DNA of 63,341 bases, the filler included, from Craspedostauros australis (Eukaryota): assembly GCA_030167865.1 (NCBI GenBank). It is 13 parts of 13 records of this genome, joined end to end, with 100 filler letters (N's around TTAATTAATTAA, not from the genome) between each part and the next. Parts side by side here need not be neighbours in the genome. Positions count along the whole stretch, not along the records: positions 23,023 to 48,857 come from JALAGF010005792.1; positions 48,958 to 50,434 come from JALAGF010005793.1; positions 50,535 to 52,440 come from JALAGF010005795.1; positions 52,541 to 56,765 come from JALAGF010005796.1; positions 56,866 to 58,718 come from JALAGF010005799.1; 8 more parts are not named here. One strand, written 5' to 3'. Made by a program: the position numbers and the translations under genes. Shown here in pieces: positions 46,823 to 58,818 of the stretch. Under the pieces are notes generated by a model. It was not told the origin of the DNA, did no database searches, and was given only the letters and a program-made list of their open reading frames with translations. Position 1 is the stretch's first letter, and each line of letters starts with the position of its first letter.

Positions 46823-47689
46823 GACCATGGTACTCTCAGCGAAAGACATGCCGCTCTGCATGTTGGTGTCCGATGACTACATCGAAGACTCCTTCTTTGA
46901 TAACTTCGAATGCGTCGGGAGTGACGACGAAGTGCAGGACGATGAGATCGTCCCGGAGTGGCTCAGTGAGGAGCCCATCATCCACGAGGTGGATCCAAGA
47001 TGCGAAGTGAGCTACGAATGCTGCTTCAACGCAAACGACCTGATTGGTCCATACGGCGACGGAGCTGAGATGGGCAACGAGGCCATCGACATCGACGTCG
47101 AGGAGGCCATGAGCGAAGACGGCGAAGACGCCGACGAGGACGGCGCAAACGGAGACAACGAGGACGCCGATGAGGACGGCGCAGACGAAGACAACGACGA
47201 TGCCACCGGAGATGAGACGAACGGCGGCAAGGCGCCGCCCCCTCAAGCAGTGAGAAATGAGAGAACGGGCATCTTCGACAAAGATGACAGCAACGAAGCC
47301 GAAGGTCGTCCGAGCGACACCTTCAATCCCCACGAACACGTCGTCTATCCAATCAAAATCCAATTCCCACCGGACCCAAACCCCAGAAGCATCGACGACA
47401 TCTACCGACTCGAGACATTCCCAGAACCAACGGTCACTGCAAGACGAATGCAGAAGCAGCTCATCTACAACGCGGTTCTAACAGCTGCAATACCGATGTT
47501 CCCAGGGTTTGTGAACGAACCATTGCGATACATATGGGTGAACATGGTAAGCACCATCCTGTCTGAGAACTTCAAATCGATTGAAGAGATTCTCGCCAAC
47601 GCAGCCATCCTCAACCGACTACTGCAGGCAGCAGGAGAAGACGAACTCTCCAAACTGGACCTGCATTACGTGCTCGGAGGATGCATGCA
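46823..47689 (+). mobile_element. Second copy of the copia gag-protease linker region (paralog of ~4700-5530)
   Basis: MVLSAKDMPLCMLVSDDY...EPLRYIWVNMV, highly similar to the first copy; truncated by an LTR. Confidence 0.92.
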
Positions 47690-47977
47690 TGTTGGCAAGT
47701 TCCGTGATTGGAAGCCTACGATCGTGGAAGACGGTGTTGTTGATAGTCGTTCGTTTGCTATTTCATTACGTTGGCACTCCGATCCTCTCGGTGTCCGTTC
47801 GTTCTCTTGCCCGATGCTCTCGGCGCTTCAATCTGTTTCGTAGATTCAGTCTCCGACTATGAGTCGGTGTACGAGATGCTCTCTCGCTGCTCTTCGTATT
47901 CTCTCTCTATATATTGTGTGCTCGTGCTATGCGATACTCCGTGTTCGATGCATACTCCGCATTTGACACTCCGTTCA
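47690..47977 (-). repeat. Partial copia LTR (3' part)
   Basis: TGTTGGCAAGTTCC... matches the copies at 11347 and 61937. Confidence 0.9.
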
Positions 47978-48252
47978 CTCACTGGAGGTGGTTGCAAGGG
48001 TCATAATTTCATAACTGGTCAGCCTCGTTCACCCCGATTTCAAGTCACGACCATCAGTCCCGTATCCAAATCTGCCCCCAAGACTAAATCAGTGCCCGTC
48101 AATTCATTGATTCCTTCCATGCATCAGCATTTCTCTCCATGACCACTTTCCTTGTGTGACCCCATTCAGGGTTATCTTGTCATCACTTGCGGATTGCTAA
48201 GATAAGCATCAAGTTCATCCTATTATGTTGTGGAGAGTATAGTATATTTTAT

Positions 48253-48773
48253 ACCATAGGATGAGTCACTGTGCTCCATTGTATTATATTATGCTGTGGA
48301 GTATTCGCAAGTGTTGCTGTTGCCGTGAATGTAGACGTGAACGTGTAGGGATGCCAAAAACAACCCTGTGCTACTTGACACAACACGCACAAGGGAGGAA
48401 GCGCACAACAGAGCCCAATCGTCCACAACATGAGGAATCAACGCGACACTGAAGCTGTCACAACATCACTACCCACTCTGTTGGATACCATCGCAGTCTG
48501 ATATCGACCAACAATGACGGCATCATTCTCGTCCACAGTGAGGACAAGCCATGTANNNNNNNNNNNNNNNNNNNNNNNNNATATCTAACCCTAATGGACA
48601 ACATGCCACATAGATGCCTAACAAGGTCATGTTGTCCAATTCAACATTGACAGGATTATGCTCGACCTCGCTGAATGGGGTCGTATGTTGACACGTTCAC
48701 AGCTTCAGTGTTGCACATCTCTTGCTGCTTCACACATTCACAAATACATGTGTCTTGCCTAAGTGCAGTTTTC
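48253..48773 (+). repeat. Unclassified dispersed repeat, reverse complement of ~57500-58023
   Basis: Colinear similarity, e.g. CCATAGGATGAGTCACTGTGCTCC and ATATCTAACCCTAATGGACAAC. Confidence 0.85.
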
Positions 48774-48857
48774 TGTCGAGATGTACATGTGAGTATATGT
48801 CAAGATGTACGTATATATGTGCATCGTTCACCCGTTATTCTCTCATACGCACTTGGA
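48774..48857 (+). repeat. Copia LTR 5' end inserted in the dispersed repeat
   Basis: TGTCGAGATGTACATGTG... Confidence 0.88.
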
Positions 48858-49297
48858 NNNNNNNNNNNNNNNNNNNNNNNNNNNNNNNNNNNNNNNNNNN
48901 NTTAATTAATTAANNNNNNNNNNNNNNNNNNNNNNNNNNNNNNNNNNNNNNNNNNNNATGTGAGAAGAGTGAGTGAACAACACGGAAGAGTGCACTGAAT
49001 GAGTGATGGATGTCTGATGAGAAGAGAGTGAATCGAGCATCAGCATGCATGCGCCTCAGGAGTGTAGATTGATCTCTCAACAGCTGAGCATGATGAAATG
49101 CACTTGTCATGAGCAATGAAATGGACATGACAGAGAGAGACTGCAATGATGATCATGAGGGGCAACTACAGGAGGCCATCAGCATCATCATGGGCAAACN
49201 AGTTGACGATTTGAGAAAGGAGTATGTTGTTCTCACAGTTCTAAAACGGTACAGTTTAATAAGCATTAGACTATATCTATAACCCCGGATTTCCAAC

Positions 49298-50434
49298 ACA
49301 AATGGGTCTTCAAGCTGAAGCGTGACGGCACACATCGAGTGCGGCTCGTTGCATGTGGCTATTCACAAGTCGCAGGAGTAGACTTCCAAGAGCATTACTC
49401 ACCTGTCATTCATGACATGACCTATCGGGTCATGATGGTGATCATGCTGATTAAGAAGATGGACTGCGCACTCGTCGATGTCGTAACGGCATTCCTACAT
49501 GGAGACCTCGACGAGGAGATCTACATGAACTGTCCCAANNNNNNNNNNNNNNNNNNNNNNNNNNNNNNNNNNNNNNNNNNNNNNNNNNNNNNNCTTGTGC
49601 AGAGCGCCAGGCAATGGTTCAAGATGTTGGTGTCGACCCTCAAGAATATCAACTTCGAACAGAGCGCAGCAGACCCGTGCTTGTTCTACAGGAAGACGAA
49701 CGAAGGAAGCATGATCGTGGCCATCTACGTGGACGATTGCTTCTGTTGCGGAGACTCCAAGGCACNNNNNNNNNNNNNNNNNNNNNNNNNNNNNNNNNNN
49801 NNNNNNNNNNNNNNNCTGCGCACTCGTCGATGTCGTAACGGCATTCCTACATGGAGACCTCGACGAGGAGATCTACATGAACTGTCCCAACGGGATGGAC
49901 CATCAAGCAGACGAAGCCCTGACCCTACACAAGCCAATCTACGGGCTTGTGCAGAGCGCCAGGCAATGGTTCAAGATGTTGGTGTCGACCCTCAAGAATA
50001 TCAACTTCGAACAGAGCGCAGCAGACCCGTGCNNNNNNNNNNNNNNNNNNNNNNNNNNNNNNNNNNNNGTGGCCATCTACGTGGACGATTGCTTCTGTTG
50101 CGGAGACTCCAAGGCACTGGAGACATTCCTGAAGGACATCCAAGGCAGCAAGTTCAAGGTAACAATCGAGCGTGGACTCGGAGACTACCTCAGCTGCAAC
50201 ATCGAACTGAACCATGACAAGACCAGAGCAACGTTGCGTCAACCACATCTCATCCGACACCTCATCGAAGAGTTCGGAACCAAGGTTGAGAAGATGCAAT
50301 GCTACGCGACACCGGGAACCTCGGGTCAAATCATTGTACGACCATCCGACGACAACGGACTACAGAAGGTCGGACCGGAAGAACATGCCGAATACCGCCG
50401 AGGCGTCGGTATGCTACTCTTCCTCATCAAGCAC
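49298..50434 (+). mobile_element. Ty1/copia reverse transcriptase fragment
   Basis: KWVFKLK, RLVACGYSQ, DVVTAFLHG, YGLVQSARQW and IYVDD motifs. Confidence 0.95.
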
Positions 50435-50534
50435 NNNNNNNNNNNNNNNNNNNNNNNNNNNNNNNNNNNNNNNNNNNNTTAATTAATTAANNNNNNNNNN
50501 NNNNNNNNNNNNNNNNNNNNNNNNNNNNNNNNNN

Positions 50535-52440
50535 GAGCATCGATCTCCTTCTTGGCTGCGTCGCGCCAAAGTGTATCTCCATTCGCTTCGTCGAGTTGGA
50601 GTGCGTGCTTCATGTTGCATGGCACTTCCACTCCGTACTGGAACATAGTGGCAAAGAAGTCCTTCTTTGGTTTCTTCTTCCCTGGCCGTATGCGTCTCAG
50701 TATGGATATGTTGTCGTCGTCGTCAATTGTGAATTGGTGCGTGCGCTCGATGCGTTGCATGCGTCGTCGGATCGCTCGCACGGCGTGCTTTGCTCATTTC
50801 AGCATTGTTGTCGATTGCCGATTGTGTCGGTCATGCCGTTTCGGTTCGTTCGCGATGATGTATCTCGCTACGATCTCAGGATGGTCTGCCCTCAGGATGT
50901 CGTATCTGAACCATTGNNNNNNNNNGTTGTCCCATTTCACGTTGAGATGAAGATGTCCGTCTCTGAATGAATGGCCTGCGACAGATGTGATGGCTGGATC
51001 GTTCGTTTCGTCTTTTGTGATCTGATTCTGGAACATTTAGTCATGCTCGCGCTCAGCCAGAGTGTCGATACGCCCCTGAATCCGCTGCTTGGGTGGATAT
51101 GGGATCCTCACCGGCTTGTAGTCATCGGATTCGTCCGAGATGTTGCCAGTGGAGCGATCATCGTCCCCGTCGTCGTCGGATATTGCGCCCGTGGGCCCGC
51201 TGTCGCGGTCGTCGTNNNNNNNNNNNNNNNNNNNNNNNNNNNNNNNNNNNNNNNNNNNNNNNNNNNNNNNNNNNNNNNNNNNNNNNNNNCCCCTGACCTC
51301 CGGTGGTCCTGTTTCAGGAATGCGAGCTGCCGCCCCTGACCGCATGGCAATTGCGTCGATGGCCTCTCGGACCTGTCGAGCAAGCTGCGCCAGCATAGTC
51401 TTGGTTCGCGCCCGCTGTCCCGATTCGCCNNNNNNNNNNNNNNNNNNNNNNNNNNNNNNNNNNNNNNNNNNNNNNNNNNAGCTGCCGCCCCTGACCGCAC
51501 GGCAATTGCGTCGATGGCCTCTCGGACCTGTCGAGCAAGCTGCGCCAGCATAGTCTTGGTTCGTGCCCGCTGTCCCGATTCGCCATTGGTTTGATAGTGT
51601 ATCAGATCGAGGCGTGCGATTCGTTGCACTTCCTCGTCGGTAATGCGCGGTGCACTTGCGTCGTCCGCGATTCGTGGTTTTACGATGTTGCGCACCAGGG
51701 CCGTGCCCTTGGTTACGTCTTNGCCTTTNGGCGACCAAATGTAATAGGTGAAAGGGTCCCCATGGTCCCATGCAATCCCCAAGAAATGCCCAGGCTTGAA
51801 TGGATGGTGCGGGAACTTCGTCATCGGCTCGAAATACCAGACTGGCTGAAAGAACGTGAATCTGAACATGGAGATGTCTAGTGTGTTGCCCTGTAGCATC
51901 TCAATTGGGGGTGCGCCACTGAATGCTTTCTTTGGCTGTGTAGTTCCACACGTTGATAGCGTGCTGCACTGCGTGACACCAAAATGTGAGCGGTGCAGTT
52001 GCGGCCCAGAGCATCTGGTATGCGTGTCGCTTGATGTTCCCGATGGCTCGTTCTGCGCGGTTCTGGTTCTGGTTCATTGGAGCAGTGAAGGAGTGCTTGA
52101 TCATGTAGCGCGTAGTGATGGCCTTCCATGCCTTGCCTGCCTGAACCTGTGAATTGTCCGAGATGAGTAGATCCGGTGCCCCGACCTGCACAATGAAATC
52201 CGTCAGCGCCCCTGGCGCCATCGCCTCCCTTCGGAGCGGCTTGGCCCAGATGAACTTGGATTCGCTGTGTGTGAAGAGTTGGATGCATCGGTATTGTCGG
52301 ATGGATGGGACCGTGGAGAAAAATGGACCTGTGTCCACCCTTCCCTTGATTCGGTGTGGTTGCAACGCACCTGCTTGCTGTGCTCGATACTGCCTTGGGA
52401 TGAGTCTTGACTCGGCCTCGATGGGTGTGTCGGCCAGCTG
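50535..52440 (-). mobile_element. CoDi-type copia pol fragment: integrase, chromo-like segment and pre-RT region
   Basis: LISDNS, QNQNRAERAI, FW, FFQPVWY, NVKWDN..D.P..VARY and YGVEVP....ALQLDEANGDTLWRDAAKKE; several stops and gaps. Confidence 0.88.
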
Positions 52441-54907
52441 NNNNNNNNNNNNNNNNNNNNNNNNNNNNNNNNNNNNNNNNNNNNTTAATTAATTAANNNN
52501 NNNNNNNNNNNNNNNNNNNNNNNNNNNNNNNNNNNNNNNNCTGTTGGCTACGACTAAATCGATCCAACTTAACCCTTCACTGTTCTTCCCTTCAGCGAGG
52601 TTGTTCCCATTTTGAATTGTTTAGTCTCTTTTTGAGGTGATCTGATGAGATCATCCAACGCCTCCTCCGCGATAGCGCTAGTTGTAGAGTTTGGGGAGAA
52701 GCGGCGAGTTCGCGTTTACAACCATTCTACCCTCCGTTTGTCTGATCCTTCATCTACGTCACCAAACTGGCTGCTGCATCATGAACCACCAATCACAGGA
52801 CGACATGAATCATCGTCCTGTGTGTTTCGTTGTGACGGAAGGGTTGGGTGGGTTGGTACTATTCGGAGTGTTTGTGTGATGCTTCTTTCGTACGTTTGGT
52901 AAAATAATCAATGGTTACCTCAGCCCCCAATATGTGAGGCCGGTCGAGAGCGCAAAACTCGACACAACCACATGACGAGAGAGAAACACCAAAAAAAGTC
53001 CACAATGGCNGTCCAACGGCAACCCCCGCGCCGCACCAACCAGCGGTCCACAGACAAATACAAGCATATCACCGTCACCGCCATGCAACGTTTGGTGGGT
53101 GGGCGAGAGTGGGCTGCGAGAGCGGTTCATTTGGGGCGGCGGCAGGCTCCCGCGCAAACGTCCCAATTTGGCGCCGGATCGGCTTGTTGGATGTGGGACA
53201 TGTGATCCATACACATCCCACACCAACGCCCATGGATGCGCAAGACGCATCCAAAAGGACATCACCAAGGATCCCACGAAGTTTGAGGCTCAGGGACGAC
53301 CNAGAAGGTGTCCGCGCGGAGGAAACGGTGGAGGACAAGAGTTTTGGCGGTGTATCGCGGGGGTTCCCATGGTGTGGCTTTGGCTGTGACAGGCAGCATC
53401 ATCAAGCCACCCAATCGCCAAGTCGCCCATNCAAGGCCCGTGNATCATCGCCTGAAGATGCACGTCGCGAAGTTTGGGCTGCTGCAATGGTCTGGAAGAG
53501 GCTGTGGCCTCGAATGAGTACCGACAGATCATGTTTTGGTGGGGTGCCACAAAAACAGATGGCATCACCAAATGGAGGTGTACCATCAAGACCATCGATG
53601 CCCATCCCCCTCTGGATGCATCAGCATGTCACCAGNNNNNNNNNNNNNNNNNNNNNNNNNNNNNNNNNNNNNNNNNNNNNNNNNNCATGACGAGAGAGAA
53701 ACACCAAAAAAAGTCCACAATGGCCGTCCAACGGCAACCCCCGCGCCGCACCAACCAGCGGTCCACAGAAAAATACAAGCATATCACCGTCACCGCCATG
53801 CAACATTTGGTGGGTGGGCGAGAGTGGGCTGCGAGAGCGGTTCATTTGGGGCGGCGACAGGCTCCCGCGCAAACGTCCCAATTTGGCGCCGGATCGGCTT
53901 GTTGGATGTGGGACGTGTGCTCCATACACATCCCACACCAATGCCCATGGATGCGCAAGACGCATCCGAAAGGCCATCACCAAGGATCCCACGAAGTTTG
54001 AGGCTCGGGGACGACCGAGAAGGTGTCCGCGCGGAGGAAACGGTGGAGGACAAGAGTTTTGGCGGTGTATCGCGGGGGTTCCCATGGTGTGGCTTTGGCT
54101 GTGACAGGCAGCATCATCAAGCCACCCAATCGCCAAGTCGCCCATACAAGGCCCGTGCATCATCGCCTGAAGATTCACGTCGCGAAGTTTGGGCTGCTGC
54201 AATGGTCTGGAAGAGGCTGTGGCCTCGAATGAGTACAGACAGGTCATGTTTTGGTGGGGTGCCACGAAAACAGATGGCATCACCAAATGGAGGTGTACCA
54301 TCAAGACCATCGATGCCCATCCCCCTCTGGATGCATCAGCATGTCACCAGAGAGTGTGGGAATGCACGAGGACCACGTGGAGGGGCTGTAAGGATCGTAA
54401 GGATGCGGTATGGATCTGTATCCATACCGCATCCGGATTGCAATCGGTTTTTTGACAACGTTCGTTTTCACTGCAGGGACACTTTGGGCCATGTCATGTG
54501 GATATCTGTGGCCCATCTTCATGCATTGGATAGATGGGGAGTATACCGAGCCATGGTGGTGCGCAGTTTATCAAAATACCAGGATAATGATGATGATCAT
54601 GGGTGCTGAGAGGAGGGCAACATTGCTTGATCGAGAATTTTTTTGAATCCACCACACAATTGTGTGGTGGATCAACATGAAAATAAAAACAGCTTCAATA
54701 TCAATTAAACTTCAGTATTCTGATTAATAGATAGTCAGGCGTATGAATGCACTGTTTAGATTTAATTGTAAGTGATGTGTTGTTGAGATATAGCATGACA
54801 AGCAGATATTGGATGTGCTTTTTGGACGGCCTCTAGATTCGTTTTAGTAGCCTGACCGGGCACCCACAAAACTCCACAACTAGCGTTATCGCAGTGATGC
54901 ACACCCA

Positions 54908-56765
54908 TCACAAAATTTCCGTCTCATCACCCAACACAGCCTCACTTTCTGCATGGACCTTCATTGTGTGAGCATCACACCACCTCTGATTCTCCCATTC
55001 CTCTTCCTCTCTCTGCAGCTCTTCTTCTCTTCGTTCCTCCTCTGTTGCAGCTGGCGCATTGTGGGTTGCCACGATTGCAGGTGCAGGTGCTGTTGCTGTT
55101 GCTTGGCTTGTTGTGTTGGTTTTTGTCTTGATGAGGGCAGCCTCCTTCTTTTGTTTGCGTTGCTTGGCACTGTACGCTGCAAACAGCGACGCCTTCACGC
55201 GCATGGGGTTTGCGTGCAGTTGTACGTACCAGTCAGTTTTGGTCCTGTTGTCGTCCATCAACTGCTCGTGTGCTTCGTGTTCGGACGGTCTGTTTTTCGG
55301 GTCCTTCGCGGACGCTGCGCAGATATCCTTCAATTTGTCCGCGATGTAGTCTGGTAGTTTGGCGTTGGTCCGTGCTGTTTTGCTCGCCCAGCCTTGTACT
55401 GCGAGTGGTGGGTGTTCTGTTTCCGCCGTCTGGTCTTGTAGCGCCGTGGTGTGATCGGATGGTAGATGTTGTTGTCCGTCTGCGATGGCTTTGCCGAACG
55501 CAAGCGCCTTGCTCTCCGCCGCTGTGCGCCCGAGTTTTCGCGTCTTGTCCGTCTTCCTGAATGATTCGGACGTGATGGGCAGCTTGTTGGACGTGAATGC
55601 TCTGTCCTCGATGACACCCAGCTGGTTGATGGTCCACCCCTCCCATTCAGCGCTCTTCACCACGACGTCTTCCGTGATGCCAGATGCAGCCACCAACCGT
55701 GCCTGGTCATCATCATACTTCACCTCGTGAGTCTAACGTACCTGTTGTCCAGATGCGCGGAATCGTCGTTTTGGTGCGCCAGGAAGCGTGGTGATGTTGC
55801 CTTGGAGGAACGACGCGTTGACTAGTACCGTTGTTGCCCCTGTGATGTTACCAGCTTTCAGTGCTTCGTACAGTTGGCGGGCGGTCTTGATGTCGCGTCC
55901 ACTTTGCACGTATTTTCGCAGTACACGTGTGATGTACGCAAAGTGGGTGTCCAGCATGCTCTTACCGGTTTGGGCCTCCGTGTAGATCCACGCGATGATT
56001 TTGGCCGCGTTTCGTTGCCTGAGGTTCTTGTTGAGTACCGATGTGATGAGCGCGATGTGCTCGTGACTGGCAAAACAACACGCATTGTCGCTCTGTAGGA
56101 TGATTTCAGTCACGGATGGGAGAATGTCTTTGACCTTTTTTTGCACGATCTCCAGTAGTCGACCAAATTGAAGTGTGTCTTGTGTGGGTCTTCCACCAAC
56201 CACAATGTCAATGAATCGATAAGTAAAAGTGTCATTGTGACACGTGATGACCATTGCCCCAAGCAGTGACATTCCCTTCTTCCCCCAATATTCTTGTTGG
56301 GCTTCGCCTTGGCCTGTCGGTAGAATTTTTTGCTTATGGTCGAGTACCACATAGGCTCTTTCAGGCTTGTTGTTGAGTTCGGATTGATAAAAGGCGATTT
56401 GTCGGAATTGCACTTTGGCACGCACTTTGTGAGCCATGTAATTATTGATTTCATTGGCGAATCCTGGCGCCGAAGCAAGCATTGATTGCAATTCGTCCTT
56501 GTGTTCTGTGAGTTCGTTGTCCTTAAGCATTGTGACAAAAGGAACAAAACGATCATCCACAAATCGCATTGCTGCGCCACAACGGTTGCATACTTTACGT
56601 GGTTGTTCGGTTGAGGCGGTGGGAGGAATGTCAATTGTGATGGTTGGAGTGTCATTTGTGATGGTGGCGGTCTTCTTGCGTTTGTTCTTGTGCTTGTTGG
56701 TGCGTGTTTTGCGTTGATTGCTTGTTGCCTTCTTCTTCTCCTTTTCGGTGGTGAGAGCGAACGCG
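54908..56765 (-). mobile_element. Sola-like (probably Sola3-type) DDD transposase with one in-frame stop
   Basis: LDHKQKILP...EAQQEYWGKKGMS, LQSDNACCF and TEAQTGKSMLD. A TAG at 55733-55735 separates two same-frame ORFs. Superfamily assigned from recalled motifs. Confidence 0.65.
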
Positions 56766-57339
56766 NNNNNNNNNNNNNNNNNNNNNNNNNNNNNNNNNNN
56801 NNNNNNNNNTTAATTAATTAANNNNNNNNNNNNNNNNNNNNNNNNNNNNNNNNNNNNNNNNNNNNCTGATCCGAACACAAGTGAAATTTATAGATAGTGG
56901 GGGCTACGGGAGTAACGTACTTAGCACTATTCGATTTTGTGCTGATAGTCACTGCCATTGCAACGAAGTATCTGACTTTCAAGTCAGCATTGAAGAACCA
57001 TTTCTGGTAGGATCTGTCTTCGTTGGAAGGTCGGAAGAGATCTTGGAGGATGTGGAGAGCAATGGACATGGCAGAGGCTGAAGTTGAGGCAATGGAAGAG
57101 CACTCTTGCAAAACAGGGACTATGGATGACAATTGCAACCTGACATACGAAGTGATGGCTCTTGAGAAGAAAGCAAAGGAAGATGTGGAATGCATCAACG
57201 ATACTCAGAAGCAAAGAAGGTGCGAGTGGGAAGCTACAATGGCCATTTGTATCATCAAAGCATTGACAATGAGACAATTGGCAAGCAAACGATTGCAGTG
57301 AATGCTGCGATAGTTGGGATAGGTACGTTGAGCATTCAA

Positions 57340-58718
57340 TGAATGAAGGAGTGGATGCCAGCAGCACAGCCAATGGAGAAAGGAAGACAGGGGAAGCAGG
57401 AAAGTGGCAATGCAAAGTGAATAGTATGGAGATGAACTGCGGATGGTGAGGAGCAACACATACGTACAAACATACACATCCATCTGGTATATGGAAGTTG
57501 TAAACTGCACGTGGGCAAGACACATGTATTTGTGAATGTGTGAAGCAGCAAGAGATGTGCAAAACTGAAGCTGTGGATGTGTAAGCATACAGCCCCATTC
57601 AGCGAGGTCAAGTATCATCCTGCCAATCATGAATCGGACAACATGACATTTTAGCAAGCTATGTGGCATGTTGTCCATTAGGGTTAGATATATTTAGATA
57701 GCTCTTACAACACAAGTACATGGCTTGTGCTCACTGTGGACAGACATGATGCCGTCGCTTTTGGTCGATATCAGACTGCGATGGTATCCAACCGTGTGGG
57801 TGGTGATGTTGTGACAGCTTCGGTGGTGCGTTGATTCCTCACGTTGTGGACGATTGGGCTCTGTTGTGTGCTTCCTCCCTTGTGTGTGTTGTGTCAAGTA
57901 GCACAGGGTTGTTTGTGACATCCCTACACGTTCACGTCCACATTCACGGCAACAGCAACACTTGCGAATACTATGCAGCATAATATTATATAATACAATG
58001 GAGCACAGTGACTCATCCTATGGNNNNNNNNNNNNNNNNNNNNNNNNNNNNNNNNNNNNNNNNNNNNNNNNNNAAAGGAAGACGGGGGAAGCAGGAAAGT
58101 GGCAACGCAAAGTGAATAGTATGGAGATGAACTGCGGATGGTGAGGAGCAACACATATGTACAAACATACACATCCATCTGGTATATGGAAGTTGAAAAC
58201 TGCACGTGGGCAAGACACATGTATTTGTGAATGTGTGAAGCAGCAAGAGATGTGCAAAACTGAAGCTGTGGATGTGTAAGCATACAGCCCCATTCAGCGA
58301 GGTCAAGTATCATCCTGCCAATCATGAATCGGACAACATGACATTTTAGCAAGCTATGTGGCATGTTGTCCATTAGGGTTAGATATATTTAGATAGCTCT
58401 TACAACACAAGTACATGGCTTGTGCTCACTGTGGACAGACATGATGCCGTCGCTTTTGGTCGATATCAGACTGCGATGGTATCCAACCGTGTGGGTGGTG
58501 ATGTTGTGACAGCTTCGGTGGTGCGTTGATTCCTCACGTTGTGGACGATTGGGCTCTGTTGTGTGCTTCCTCCCTTGTGTGTGTTGTGTCAAGTAGCACA
58601 GGGTTGTTTGTGACATCCCTACACGTTCACGTCCACATTCACGGCAACAGCAACACTTGCGAATACTATGCAGCATAATATTATATAATACAATGGAGCA
58701 CAGTGACTCATCCTATGG
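57340..58718 (-). repeat. Dispersed repeat present twice across a gap (probably allelic or assembly duplicate)
   Basis: 57378-58023 is nearly identical to 58074-58718. Confidence 0.8.
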
Positions 58719-58818
58719 NNNNNNNNNNNNNNNNNNNNNNNNNNNNNNNNNNNNNNNNNNNNTTAATTAATTAANNNNNNNNNNNNNNNNNNNNNNNNNN
58801 NNNNNNNNNNNNNNNNNN

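Noticed and set aside
52569..52580. TTAACCCTT as a piggyBac terminus
   Set aside because: No matching opposite end or linked transposase on that scaffold, and it is short enough to be chance.
52915..54609. Multiple overlapping ORFs as a gene
   Set aside because: No recognisable motifs, stops in most frames, and apparent length inflated by a gap duplication.
55724..55741. Intron removing the transposase stop (CAG/GTACGT)
   Set aside because: It would be only about 18 nt; a point nonsense mutation explains the in-frame continuity more simply.
57677..57686. TTAGGGTTAG as telomeric sequence (also near 48585 and 58373)
   Set aside because: Fewer than two units, lying inside a dispersed repeat.
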